Origin: Octopus sinensis
Taxonomy: Eukaryota
NCBI RefSeq assembly: GCF_006345805.1
Contig: NC_043002.1
Location: forward strand, 63,612,001 to 63,676,000
Length of the DNA: 64,000 nt
Direction of reading: 5' to 3'
The translations under genes were made by a program, and so were the position numbers. The notes below the pieces were generated by a model. That model did not search any database and had not been told where the DNA came from. It was given only the letters and a program-made list of their open reading frames with translations. This document shows positions 1-13,867 of the stretch, one piece after another (positions within the stretch are counted from its first letter, which is position 1; each line of letters begins with the position of its first letter).

Positions 1-75
1 ATATGCCACTCAGTGGGACTGAACTCGGAAACATGTGGCTGGTAAGCAAGCTACTTACCACACACCCACTTCTCC
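1..75 (-). mobile_element. tRNA-derived SINE family A, 5' head (cut by window edge)
   Basis: Reverse complement matches the head GGAGTGGCTGTGTGGTAAGTAGCTTGCTTACCAACCACATGGTTCCG seen at 14832, 21845 and 50372. Confidence 0.8.
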
Positions 76-364
76 TACTTAGTGAAACACACAAGAAAAG
101 TTTCAAAACAGTTTTACTTGGAGAAACCAAATTCGAAATCTAAAGAGATATCACAAAATAATCATTAGCTTCTCAAATCGTATTACAGAAAATTCTCGTT
201 AATAAGACACATGGTGGTGCAATAGAAGACCGTCTGAAACCGTTAAAATGCTGGATGAGACTTAAAACTGTGCTAATAATCAAAGTAGTGTTGTAGACAT
301 TTTCTTTTAGTAAACTTTATATTAACCATAGTCAGAGACACCACCAACAACAAACGGTCACATT

Positions 365-1105
365 TTTTAATCATCTTCGTCGTCAGCGCCTTTATCCACA
401 CTATTACCAATGTCATCATCATCATCATCACCATCATTACCACAACTACCCCCCTCCACCACCCCCATCATCATCATCATCATTATCATCAACAACATCG
501 ACGATATCTCGGTAATCATAGTAGTTTTGGTCATTGACAGAAACATCATTCTAATTATCATAGTCGTCAGCGTCATCGACATTACCCTCGTCATCACCGT
601 CATTGTCTTCATCGACTTCTCCTTCACTCCTTCAACGCATTTTCTTTCTGTCTTCTTCTTTCCTTCATCTTTTTTTTTATTTCTTCATCTTTAACTGTGT
701 TTTGCTTCGCCTTCATCATCTCTTTTTTCTTCTTCTTTTTCTTGTTGTTGCTATTCTTTTTCTTGTTTCTTTTTTTCTTGTTCTTGTTTTTCTTCTTTTT
801 CATTTTCATTGTCGTCATCATCAACTTCTTCTTCTCCTTCTTCTTCTTCTTCTTCTTCTTCTTCTTCTTCTTCTTCTTCTTCTTCTTCTTCTTCTTTCTT
901 CTTCATCATCATCATCATCATCAACTTCTCCATTTTCTTCCTTTTACTTCTTCTTCTCCTTCTTTTTCTTCTTTTTCTTTTAATCCATCAACTTCTACTT
1001 TTTCTTCTTTTTTTAATTCTTCTTCTCCTTCTTCTTCTTCTTCTTCTTCTTCTTCTTCTTCTCCTTCTTCTTCTTTTTCCTCTCTTTCTCCTCCTTGCTT
1101 CTTCT
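365..1105. repeat. Compound (CAT)n/(TTC)n low-complexity microsatellite
   Basis: Direct reading; source of the poly-S/F/L/E/K ORF artefacts. Confidence 0.95.
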
Positions 1106-1455
1106 AATCTGTATTTCCATCATTCTTCCTTCACCATTTGCTATTCACATTACGATTCTAGTTATTATTCTTATTATTAGCATCATTCGTTATTCTTTTT
1201 ACTATTATTTTGAAATATGTGCTGTTTATATTAAATTAATTTTCTTCTGAAACGTAACAAAACACACTAAAACACAACAAAATAATCACGGAAACAAATG
1301 AAATAAACAAGGAAATTTCACAGCATATGAAATAAAATATGAAATCGGGTTTGCAAAAATAAAAAAAAATTATAATAATAAACGAAACGTATTTGCAAGC
1401 ATATTTTAGAATGTTTGTCAAATGCATTTCCTTTCTCTGCCAAGAGATTTTGATA

Positions 1456-1463
1456 ATTATATA

Positions 1464-1520
<57 letters not shown>

Positions 1521-1582
1521 GTAGTTGTTGTTGCTGTTGTTGTTTTTATTATCATCATTTCTATTATTGTTATTATTATTTC

Positions 1583-1649
<67 letters not shown>

Positions 1650-1848
1650 TCTATTAATATTATTACTATTATTATTATCATTATTAATTATATTATTATC
1701 TGTAGTATTCGCAATAATAGTATTATTATTATCATCATCATTATTATTATTAGTAGTAGTAGTAGTATTAGTAATAGTAGTAGTTGTAGTAGTAGTAGTA
1801 GTAGTAGTAATGGTAGTAGTAGTAGTAGTAGTTGTTGCTGTAGTTGTT

Positions 1849-1892
<44 letters not shown>

Positions 1893-1960
1893 CGCAGTAA
1901 TGGTAGTAGTAGTAGTATCGTTGATATTGTTATTGTCGTTGTTGCATTTGTTGTCATTAT
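1456..1960. repeat. Compound (TTA)n/(TTG)n/(TAG)n microsatellite
   Basis: Direct reading. Confidence 0.95.
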
Positions 1961-2619
1961 ATTTTTGATGTATTTATTTATTTTGCAGACATATATATAT
2001 AGCATTTTGAAATGATTTTAACTGAATAAACGCAACCATTGAAGTTATAATGGTCTGGAATTTAATTACCTCTAATCGTGTATCGCATAACTCTCCACCA
2101 GAAAGGATTATGAGCCGAAAGAACGTAAATCTCTATCAGAAATACAACTGCATTAAGCTAGGACTGTTAACGCTTTATAATAAATCTATTGAACAAATAT
2201 CATGGACGGCATTTATGTTTGCAGACACACGTTGCATAATTTTCTATTTTCTATTCTCTCCAATAATTTGTTTTCAGAAATCCATCTCGTGCTCAACGTT
2301 GCTTAATAGAATCAACTGCGTTTGTTTGTACATGGGGAAAAAATAATGGCGGTAGATATATTTAAAGAAATTTTATTAGGAATTCAGGTAAATATGAATG
2401 TTTACATAAAGTAAAGCAATTCTTTCTGCGGAGTCTTTTTCTTACATGACAAGAGCAGCGGCATTGAATAAATAACAATAATTTCAAAACACACAAACGT
2501 GCGCAAATAATAGAAATTACGACGCATTAATGTCATGTAAATTTAATTAAAAATTCTAGCACAAAATTTGTTTGTAACTATAGCGGATTAAATTCTAAAA
2601 TATCTCAAAATTGAAATTT

Positions 2620-2765
2620 GAATATTACATATATATCCATGCATGTGTGCATGCATCCATGCATCAATACATACATACATGCATGCATACATACATACAT
2701 ACATACATACATACATACATACATACATACATACATACATACATACATACATACATACATACATA
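2620..2765. repeat. (CATA)n microsatellite
   Basis: Direct reading. Confidence 0.95.
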
Positions 2766-2774
2766 GAAAATCCC

Positions 2775-3270
2775 TGTGTTATGGAATACATTCATAAACA
2801 CCTACTCAAAGAATACTGGTAGAATATTCCTATCAAAACTTGTGTCAAGTGTAAACATAACGGGCTGGATATTGCTGTTTGGAACAGAGGTCAGCGGCCC
2901 TGCAGATGTAAATATGTCTGTGAAGATCAAAGTAAAAGAGGATATCTATGGACACCTACTTCGAAACTACCAGCTTCTATATCCAGACTATGAATACATA
3001 TTCATACCAATATTAATTGAAACACTAGGCTTTGTTAGTAAATGCTTAAAGTAGAATCTGGATTAACTGGGATTTTCAGAAAGAGAAATTGACCGGCTTA
3101 TTCTTACATTAGAAGTGCAATCTGTGAATGGAACAGTAAAATTATGCAAGACTTTTCTCAAGTTCCAAATGTGAATTTGTCTATGTTAACTACATCCCAA
3201 AGATGAAGCCTTGTGTTTTTGTTGAAAATCTGTTCCACCTCAGTGGAAGATTTATAATAATAAAAAAATA
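2775..3270 (+). mobile_element. 3' fragment of a REL-endonuclease non-LTR retrotransposon (R4/R2-like), degenerate
   Basis: ORF 2776-3054 reads EVSGPADVNMSVKIKVKEDIYGHLLRNYQLLYPDY..IPILIETLGFV, then GTVKLCKTFLKFQM* near 3130-3174; matches the REL C-terminus pattern (IIEVSCPxDxN..KxxKY); ends in an ATA-rich tail. Confidence 0.75.
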
Positions 3271-4153
3271 GAAGAGAAATACATACATACATACATATAT
3301 CCCCAAACTCGCAGGAAAGGCAGAAGAGAAAGACAATCTACTGCAAACTTCATTGAAACTAGCAATTTCTACTAAGATACGCCATAGATTCATAGTGGTA
3401 ATTAGGAGGAAGAAACCTTATAAACCATAGGTTTGATAAAGCACCTTTTCTCACCCAATTTTAATGTGATCGCTTCAAATATTCCACGCTATATTAGTTG
3501 CAATCATACACACATACACACACAGTAGGGCTTGTAGCTGTCAGAATCCTATCAAGTGCCTTCTAGGAGGATCCTGCCTATGAAATTCTATAGTTTACAC
3601 GCCAGGTTTACAGCATCCGATGGCAATGCCATCGCAAAATAATATACAAGCAAGATTAACAATGATTTACGCGTAGCACAAGTACTCGTTGAGGTTCAAT
3701 GATAGAGGAATTTCTATCTTCCAGTTCCGGTTCATCTGGAGATTACGCGACTCACCTGGTGCTCACAATTGCCAACTTCTTTCATATTTCAATCTTTGAC
3801 ATCTTGTGATATTCCTTCTTTTTTTTTTTCATCTTAACTTCTTTGAACCTAATTTAATTTGCGTAACCAACGTCCATTTACCTTTTTCTTGGAAAATATT
3901 CCGGATGAATTAGATTTACCTCCAACTCGCTTTCTGATCGTGAGTGCACGAAACCACACGTGTGCGTATGCTTACAATTTCACGGACGCTTGTATGAACG
4001 AGTGTGAACGTGCCATGCAAATTGCGTGAGGGCATTTATACATCCATATTTGTTAACATTTATTTAAAATACTTTTCTCACTGTATTGTGTATTTATTTC
4101 TCGTTTGCATCTGTGATCTTATTTTTGATTTTATATATATATATATATATATA

Positions 4154-5318
4154 TCTTTTATATATATAAAACTGAGAATGTGTCTGTGCGTCTGTCTGTC
4201 TGTTTGTTTCCCTAAAACTTGAGAAATACACAACCAATTTCATTCAAATTTTACACATGCCATACTTAGGGTCCGGGGAGTGTCATCGGCAAAACAAATT
4301 TCTAACATTTTGCCTAGGGCGAGCCCACAGCAATATTATATCTTCTCCACTACGATTCCCTAAAACTTGTCAACTACACAACCAATTTCATTCAAACTTT
4401 ACACATGCCTTACTTAGGGTCTATGTAGTTTCATGGGCAAAAATATTGTTCAACTTCTTGCCTAGAGCGAGCCCATAGCGATATCATATCTTTTCCACTA
4501 TTTCAGTATTACGTGTTAAAAGTGAAACATAAACATTTCTCTATTTTATGTCAGATATTTTCACTTTAACAATAAAAATAATAATAACAATTGAATTATA
4601 TGTAATAAGTAATAATTAAAATCAAACTAAAGTATAATATAATCGTAACATAACAAACGTAGAAATAGCAATTGGTATAAAATTAAATAAGTGGTTTCAC
4701 ATGAATAGGAATAAATTAAAAATAAAATTAGCGTGCAGAAATGGAATAGTCAAGATGGATAATAAAAAATTAGATTAAAGAAAAGACTATTGTCTATAAA
4801 GTATACAATGTAAAGAAAAAAGATTTGAACACCTGGAGGAAAGCACCATCGAAAAATGTCTTGGTGCGACTATGAAAGATATATAACCAGAGGCGGTAAA
4901 TTCGCCACAATACAAGCAAGGTTCGAGTCAACGGAGTGTGCAAGGGAGTACTCGACTCGAACTTGCAAAGTGTAAATATTTTATTTTTACCTTTATATCC
5001 GGGACGTAGGACGTGCCGGATAAAAGTCTAAAATGCCCCACCCCCACAGAAGTTGAAGTAGACTGGATTGTAGCCACACTTCTATACAAGAGGGTGGACA
5101 AGATACAATTGATCGAAATTGCAAGAGACGGGCTTACAATTCCAGTTTGTTATATATTTTGAGTATTGTTATCACTAGCGATATCAAGATATAACTTTGT
5201 ATTTTGTATTTTATGTGTAGATGTATAAATATAGATGTACATGTAATATGTACACATATATATACACATATATACATGCACTAGCACTATGGCCCGGCAA
5301 CGACGGGTCATAATGCTA

Positions 5319-5319
<1 letters not shown>
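4154..5319 (+). mobile_element. Non-autonomous Helitron with both termini
   Basis: A|TC 5' start at 4154; 3' hairpin GGCCCGGCAACGACGGGTC then CTAG|T at 5316-5319; inserted in (AT)n; inverted sister copy at 63484-64000. Confidence 0.85.
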
Positions 5320-5357
<38 letters not shown>

Positions 5358-5650
5358 GATATTTGCTTCGTTTTCCTGCTTTTCTTTCTACGAAGTGAGA
5401 AGGTACATTGCGGATAGGTATTTAACCAGTTGTATGTTGTGTCTATTCATCACATCGGAAGCGCCGGATGCTCTTGAACCAGTTAGCACGTGTTCCGCCT
5501 GTGATGGATCGATGCTAGATGTTTCGAAACAATTGTCGTAATTAGTAATCAAAATTCTCGTATTTGCCATCTTTCATTTACCACATACATAACGAACACT
5601 GTGAAAGAGATCGCCCTTTACCAGTATGCTACCATGTGTAAACCATTCGT

Positions 5651-5743
<93 letters not shown>

Positions 5744-5796
5744 TGTGTGTGTGTGGTGTGTGTGTGTGTGTGTGCGTGTGTGTATACATAGACACA

Positions 5797-6334
5797 CAGG
5801 GTGGCTCCAAAGTAGGTTTATAATTATTCAACTATCGCTTTTGCATTCATATATTAACAGTTGAGAATTGTTCTTTCAACAAGAAGGAGCACCTCCACAT
5901 TATGCGTTGACAGTAAGACACTACCTTAACCAAGTCTTTCCACAGCATTGGTTTGGAAGACGGTGCAGTGTCGAATGGCCAAAACGCTCACCTAACCTGA
6001 CACCAATGAATTTCTTTTTGTGGGGTGCTGTAAAGAACAAGGTTTATGAGAAGAATCCCCAAAACAGTAAATTAAATAAAAGATTTCATTTCTGACGCAT
6101 TCACCGAAATTGATGGAGATCAGAATATGTGTCGCACTCTGTGTCAGAGTGTTCTGATGAGGTTTGAAGAATGTTAAAGAGGATATTTTAAGCATATTCG
6201 AGATTAAATATTGTCTGTTTAAGATGCGCATAAAAAATATGATTGCAAGACAGAAATTTAAATGTAATAAAATGTTTCAAAAGAAATTCAAAGTGTATAC
6301 GTAATAACTGTAAACCAACTTTTGGGCCACCCTT
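5797..6334 (+). mobile_element. Internally deleted Tc1/mariner element (DD41D rosa/VS-like), transposase pseudogene fragment
   Basis: Imperfect ~24-bp TIRs CAGGGTGGCTCCAAAGTAGGTTTA / TAAACCAACTTTTGGGCCACCCTT, TA at right end; ORF 5868-6095 FQQEGAPPH...WPKRSPNLTPMNFFLWG with 41 residues between the two decayed catalytic positions. Confidence 0.85.
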
Positions 6335-6789
6335 TATATATACAATGCCTACTTGGGTATCACGTGATGTGTGACGTTTTCTATAATGTATCGCTTAATG
6401 TATTTAATCTCCGAGATTTAAAAAAAATCCCATTTAATTATAAAGCACTGAAATGTACATGCGAAAATATGTCACAATGCAATATCTCTGCTTCCTTCTT
6501 TGCGCCTCCCCGCTGTTCATATTGTAACAGTTGAAGAAATATTGTAGTTGCTTTTAGATAAATTTAGCTACAGACCCTACTATGTATATCTTTATATATT
6601 TTAAGCGATGCATGATAATGTCTTCTCGGGAAAGGTTACTGAAATAACCAAAATAACATTTAATATATGTAATACAATATTTCATTATATTTCACTGTTT
6701 ATAAGATACATTGATAATCACATCATACACACGCGTGCGTGTGCATATATATGTACATACATATGATTACATTCACACGTACGCATATG

Positions 6790-6902
<113 letters not shown>

Positions 6903-7179
6903 ATATATATACATACATACATACATACATACATACATACATACATGCAAGATTTATATTATTCGGAACCAGTGCGAGATGAGTGCTCAATACGCGTCAT
7001 CGATTATCTTTCTATCATGCGATTCGATTCGAGTTTTAGGATTTGACGATCAGTAAGTGTGAAAAGTATCCCGCACTAGAGTGAAACTTAAGTCCTGAGA
7101 TAATTATTCAGTCTCAGTTAACTATTTTTCATAGACAAAGCATGCACAAAGACACCCACCCACAAGCGAAAGATACTCA

Positions 7180-7930
7180 TACACACTTAGAGATTTGATA
7201 CTTATTATCTTGCTTTTCATATTGAGCTCTGTTTTCAGTATTAGTCTAACTCGTCTATAGTATTTGTTTTCTTTTCTCTTTCTTTTGTGTGTTGCTTCGT
7301 ATCTAGTTCGATGGATTTTCCTGATTTTTCCCCCTTTTTGAGAATCGTCACACGACATTTTTCTATCCCAAATTCCATGCAAATATTTTTGCTGTTCATC
7401 TGCACTTTTTGCCATCCAAATTTAAATTTCTTTCTCAGTCTTAGCGAATAGTTTTAAGTCATTCCTAAAACATAGGTTGTTCACGTTCACCCTGCCTAGC
7501 ATGTACCCAACACGCATCTTTCTTAAAGCGCTCGTTAGTGGCAGTTTGCAGACCAAAGATAGGAGAAACGACAGTCTGTCGCCTTGAAAGTTTCCTCTTT
7601 TGATATTTACTTCTCCCAGCTTATCTGCCCATGCTGTGAGTTCAGTTTACCATATTGTCGTTGAGTTTTGTATTAACTTCAGATATTGTGGGAGATCTTA
7701 AGCAGTTTAAGGCATTCAATATTCCACGAGTGTGGAACCATGTCATATGTTTTACTGTAGTACAACCATGTTATCGCCAATTTTTTGTGTCTCTTGCAGT
7801 CAACCAGGATAATGTTATCGATTAGTAATTGATCCTTCGTCCCTCTACTCTAACGTCTACACCCTTTTTGTTCCACTGGTAGTAGATCATTCTCATCTAG
7901 GTACTTACATATGCTGTTTTATAAGATGCC
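7180..7930 (-). mobile_element. Degenerate R4/Dong-type LINE, RT fragment
   Basis: Minus-strand YYRRVRLILKTELNMKSKI parallels FYRRVRSILKTELNAKNKI of the 59-62 kb element; upstream traces of RGTKDQLLIDNI and YDMVPH. Confidence 0.75.
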
Positions 7931-7974
7931 CATCTATTATTATTAATAATTATTTATTTATTACTCACTATTTT

Positions 7975-8171
7975 TCTTTTAATTATTTCAATCATTTGAC
8001 ATCGGCATTGCTGGAGCACCGCCTTTAGTCGAGCAAATCGACTCTAGTACTTATTTTTTGTAAGCTTAGTACTTATTCTATCGGTCTCTTTTGCCGGACT
8101 ACTAAGTTACGGGAACGTAAACACAACAGCATCTGTTGTCAAGCGATGTTGGTGGGACAAACACAGGCGCA

Positions 8172-8222
<51 letters not shown>

Positions 8223-8380
8223 GACAAGCTTCGTTCAGTTTCTGTTTACCAAATCCACTCACACGGCTTTGGTCGGCCCGAGGCTATAGTAGAAGATACT
8301 TACGCAAGATTCCACGTAGTGGGACTGAACCCGGAGCCGTATGGTTCGGAAGCGAGCTACTCACCACACAGCCACTTCTA
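7975..8380 (-). mobile_element. SINE family A, full length, with internal (CA)n(TA)n
   Basis: Head, body and tail all match other copies in the window. Confidence 0.9.
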
Positions 8381-8981
8381 CCTATAAAAGATTATACAAA
8401 ATGTAAGCAACTAATGAAATTTTAGTAAGATTTTCTGATAGCAAGACTTTTCTCCTACATGTAATCTCGTCAGTATAAAATAAGTTAGATGTATATTTTG
8501 GAATATCGTAATAGAGCAATGCTGAGATTTTGAAATGCATATTCGATGTGATGATCTGAAATTAAATAATTATATATGCTAATTGATTTACCGCTAAAAT
8601 AAAAGAAATTGTCAGTAATTATTTACACTTAACACATTGCTGCATCTCAAACAACTTGATTTGCGTAATAAATAGTATTATGTCGGTGGAGTTAAATTCC
8701 GGCAATGAAAGGCAATGTTTTTCTCCGTCTCTCTCACTAACAGCATTTATACACACAGACACAATCTTATTCTATAAGTATTTACATTGATATGTTAGTT
8801 TAATACTATTAAGTTTTATCTTACTATAAATTATATAGGAATTAGATTTCGTATGTATTATGTTCGTTGCGGAAAGCCTTTCGGGAATTAATTTAATAAG
8901 ATAAGTGACATAGTGACATAACTCGGAGTATTTTTACAATTTATATATAGGTACTTAACTGCTGTGATATATTTATTAGAA

Positions 8982-9366
8982 AAGGCGGCGAGCTGGCAGA
9001 AATGTTAGCACGCCGGGCGAAATGCTTAGCAGTATTTCGTCTGCCGTTATGTTCTGAATTCAAATTACGCTGAGGTCGACTTTGCCTTTCATCCTTTCGG
9101 GATCGATTAAATAAGTACCAGTTACGCACTGGGGTCGATATAATCGACTTAATCCGTTTGTCTATCCTTGTTTGTCCTCTCTGTGTTTGGCCCCTTGTGG
9201 GTAGTAAAGAAATAGGTATTTCGTCTGTCTTTACTTTCTATGCTGAAATTCCTTTGCCTTTCATCATTTCGGGGTCGATAAATTAATTACCACTTCAATA
9301 CTGGGGTCGATCTAATCAACATGCCCCCTCCCCCAAAATTTCGGGCATTGTGCCTAGAGTAGAAAG
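8982..9366 (+). mobile_element. SINE family B, composite (head-body-tailA-body-tailB)
   Basis: AAGGCGGCGAGCTGGCAGAA head; body GAGGTCGACTTTGCCTTTCATCCTTTCGGG present twice; two different tails. Confidence 0.85.
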
Positions 9367-9631
9367 TATTTAGTTATTAGTGATTAAATCCACCTTAAGA
9401 TCTACTTTAAATATCTAATAAATTCTCAGCACTCATTCCATTAGGAAACTGATAACGAGTTAAAAATAATGTGCATTAATCCTATATAAAATAACTTTGT
9501 ATGTAATTAGGTAGGTTTCTATTCGCAACTTCACAACGTATCTACAGAAACATCTCTCTCTTTTCAAAATCCGAAGAAGTCAAATTGTGACAAATTTTAA
9601 AACAGGTATTAAAAAGCGAAAACGCTTATCT

Positions 9632-10085
9632 CTCTTTCTTTTCTGCTTGTTTCAGTCATTTGAATGCGGGCATGATGGAGCAGTGCCTTAAACAATAATC
9701 AGTCGATTGAATCGACTTCAATACTTGAAACAAAAACACTGATACTTATTCTATCAATCATTTTCTGCCGAATCGCTAAGTTACGTGAACATAAACAATA
9801 CATCACCGGTTGTGAAGCGGTGGTGAGGAACAAACAGACAGAAAGACACATACAGACACGCACACCCACGAACGCACACACGCTCACACACTCAAAAACA
9901 CACACATAAACACACACACACACATATATATATATACGACGGGCTTCTTTCAATTTCCGTCAAACAATTCCACACATGGCTTGGGTCTGCAAAGGCTATA
10001 GTAGAAGTCACTTGTCCAAGGTGTCTCTTAATGGAACTGAACTCGGAAACATGTGGTTGAGAAGCCAGTTTCTTACCACACAGCC
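9632..10085 (-). mobile_element. SINE family A
   Basis: Homology to 7975-8380. Confidence 0.85.
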
Positions 10086-10727
10086 TCGTAATTTACTTTT
10101 CAGCATTTTTTCTCTTTTTTTTTTGTAAACATTAATAACATTGTAATTAAAAAATAAAATAATGAAATCTATCACGTACATCCGATTATACGTTGTGTTA
10201 TTCTGCGCTAAATCCATAAGAGTATTGAACGAAATTTAGTTCCATACAATGAAAGAGTTAATTTCGTATTTATATTTCTGCAAATTTTGAGTATGTAGTA
10301 ACATATATATATAGTATGAAATGCGCTGTAATCCATTAAATATTTTTTTAATCCATTCCTTAATCACCATAATGTCAGTTTAATAATCTGAATAACATCT
10401 AAATGTATTCTATAAAGCCAATTAATTATTTTATTTTTATATAATGTCCTTGATGCGTCTAAGTTTAAATAGAAAAAGATTACGTTCAGAAAAGTGTAAA
10501 CATGGTAACCAAAAAATACGTCAGATACTCGTATATTCATAAATTACATATTTAATCAAATAGGAATTTTCTCAACATAGCATCAGTTAAATATATCGTT
10601 AATTATATTAAAGAATCTCTGACGCCCTCCATCATCCCCAGATATGGCAATAAGGTTTATATTATACATATTCAATATTCAGTAAACCTTAAAAAGAATA
10701 TTTCTTAATATACAAGTCTCTGTAATA

Positions 10728-11147
10728 CGGTGAGTTGGCATAAGCGTTAGAAAGCCGAACAAAATGCAGACTGAAATTTTATCCATCTTTACGTTCTGAG
10801 TTCAAATTCCGCTGATGTATATTTTGTACCAGTTAGGTACAGCGGTTGATGTAATTGACTTACCACCAATGCCAAAATTGCTGGCCTTGTGCCAAAAGCT
10901 GAAGCGAATATTTAAATCTATGCGATTGTAGGTAGCGGCCCGTATCGTAAAGAGCGTCGCAAGAAATGCTAAGCAGCATTGTTTGTGAGATTTACGCTTG
11001 GAGTTCAAATATCCCCATTTTATTTTTCTGAGGTTGGAATAGAAATTGAGAAGAGGGGTCGAAGTAATCCTTTTAACCTCTCTCACAAAATTCCTGGCAT
11101 AGTTAAAATTTCAAACTTAAATCTATGCCACATACCTCTTTTCTCAT

Positions 11148-11187
<40 letters not shown>

Positions 11188-11408
11188 ACTCACACAAACA
11201 CAACACACACAAACGCATACACACGCGCGCACACATTCTCTTAAACTGTTTCTCTTTGATGCCCAGGCAGAAACGTTAGCACGCCGAGGTCGACTGTGCA
11301 TTTCATCATTTGTGGACCCGATAAATTAAGTACCAATTACGCACTGGGATCGATCTAATCGACTGGATCTCTCCGCCAAAATTTGAAGCCCTGTGCCTTG
11401 AGTAAAAA
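10728..11408 (+). mobile_element. Cluster of three degenerate SINE family B pieces (about 10728-10905, 10935-11090, 11265-11408)
   Basis: Recurring TACGTTCTGAGTTCAAATTCC and GAGGTCGAC...AAGTACC motifs. Confidence 0.65.
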
Positions 11409-11789
11409 ACAAATTAATAAAATTATTTCACCAAAATTTCTATATGTATTTATATAGTGTTCGAAAGCTCCCTACACAATAAATTCTTTCACTGGTATAT
11501 TAATTGTGGTTAAGTACTTTTCATCACGCATCATTATATCTGAGATTTATTTAATTTAGTTGGTTTTAATCACACGTATAGAAACATATGTTCATTGTTT
11601 ATATTGATCTGCCAATGATATCGTAGTATGTAAAAGAGGTAAGTGACCTTCGGGGATATATTCTGCATATAGTATATATACTATACAGTAATGTATAGAA
11701 GATTTTATGGGAATGGGGTAAACTGGACCAACGAATGTAAAACCCACATATAATGTACGACACACACTCAGACACGCGCACCACACATA

Positions 11790-11933
11790 GACAGAGAAAT
11801 GGAAAGACAGATAGACAGACAGACAAATAGATAGGTAGGTAGATAGGTAGATAGACAGATAGATAGGTGATAGATAACTAGATATATAGGTAGATAGATA
11901 GATAGATATATAGACATATATATGTAGATAGAT

Positions 11934-12000
<67 letters not shown>

Positions 12001-12015
12001 CAGACAGATAGAAAG
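11790..12015. repeat. (GATA)n/(GACA)n microsatellite
   Basis: Direct reading. Confidence 0.95.
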
Positions 12016-13141
12016 TTAGATAGAGTACGGCCGTTTATGAGGCTAATAATTTGTATCCAAATGTAATTAATACGCTCTATTATTGCCAGAAGGCTTGAAA
12101 GTTTGGTGGAGGGGGATAGTGAATTAGGGTATATGAAGATGGTTTTCTTAAATACCAATTAATTATTGCAATAATTTCCATTGCATTAATTTTATTTTTC
12201 AGTTTCCACACAAAATCCTTTTTAATAATATACTTTAATGATGAGAAACCATGGTTCTGTTCACTAAAGTAGGAAAAATACTTTGAAAATTCTCATTTGC
12301 AAACAGCATTTTACATTTCCTTATATTCCTGACTCTTTGCTCTCTGTACACAATCAATCGCAAACTAACGGACACACACACACACACAATTAATTTGATC
12401 TCTAATTTCTCTTGTCTCTACGTCTTAACAATGAATGTTCTACCTCCGTAAACCGAGACACAGTATATGCCAGGCTCCAGTCATTTACATCGACTTTCAC
12501 AACTTGAGTGGCAATTATGTTATCGATACCGGAAGTATGAAAAGACAATCTAAAGAAGGAAAAAAAAACACTAACAAACTTAATGAATTTTGAATGACAA
12601 TTACCGCCACAAGACACCTTTGTAATTGCCGGATTCTATTGCAGAAACGTCTGTAGCCATAGATAACGAGAAGTTCTAATTTCGTATTAGTGGAAATTAC
12701 TGATAACAAATACTTCGTAAAAAATTATATCAAAGTTATGAGAGAAAATGAACATATATATATCGGTTAATGTATACAAGTACGTAATACACAGAAAGGC
12801 ATAAATGAATTCATATACTAATACTTATATCTGTGTCTATATGCCGACATTTATATAGACATATATATATTTTATATTTTTATATTTTATCTAGTTTCAG
12901 CTCACTAGCTGTGGCAATGCTGGGGCACCGCCATTCAATAATATATGTACATATATGTATGTATGCATGTTTATATAAATCTCTCCTTTTATATGTGTGC
13001 GTGTGTAAGCATATGCAAACATACTAATATATATGCATGTATGTATGCACAAACGTAGATTATTCATATATATACGGACCTGCATACATACACACGAACA
13101 TATGAGGCATACATTTGATATGTTAATGTGTATGTGTGCGA

Positions 13142-13180
<39 letters not shown>

Positions 13181-13867
13181 AATATGCACATGATGTATAC
13201 ACGAAAATATACGTGGATGTATTTGTGTTGGTGTCTGAGCGTGTGGGTGAGAGGGTGCCCGCTCGTTAGTGAAAGATCCCACCAAAGGAAAGGATTATCT
13301 TATTCTTTTCAGCATGAAACATGATAACAGGAGGAGTGAAAACTGAGAAAAATAATTCAAATTGTTTATTATGTACGCATGCGTGTCTTTTTATAAATGC
13401 ATCAAATACACAGCCATCACCGGTGGCACATATATGATTCTTTCGTTAACATGTAACTAATGCATGCTTAAGTTTGGTATAAGTTTGTGTATATTCATTT
13501 ATTTTTGGTTAATACATTTGACAAGTTAGGATTGCGATACATGTTAGTGTACATGAGTGTGCAGCTAAGGCATCTCTGTGGCATGCATGCGTAAATATAT
13601 AACGTTATATATAAGTGTGTGCATTACGGATAGTTATGTATAACCGTGTAGCTTGCCTGCGTGTTAGATATGCAGAGGATTAAGGATAAGCTCCAAGTGG
13701 GATTAAGGATCTTAAATGCGATCGCATGAAGACAAAATGCTAGGCTGAGGGATCAAGAGGGAATTTGAGGCTTTACAACGGTTGTCATAGATGTCTTTCC
13801 TAACTGTCTCCGTAGGTTTGAGAATTTTTGAAATTACTAGCGCCTGGGTCATTTGTTATTTTATATA

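Noticed and set aside
367-2015. Many ORFs with poly-S/F/L/I/V/E/K/Y
   Set aside because: Translations of (CAT)n, (TTC)n, (TTA)n and (TAG)n tracts; stop-free only because of the repeat
2278-2387. Exon-like segment with TTTTCAG| acceptor and CAG|GTAAAT donor
   Set aside because: Stops in all three frames and no recognisable peptide; could only be non-coding, and that is unsupported
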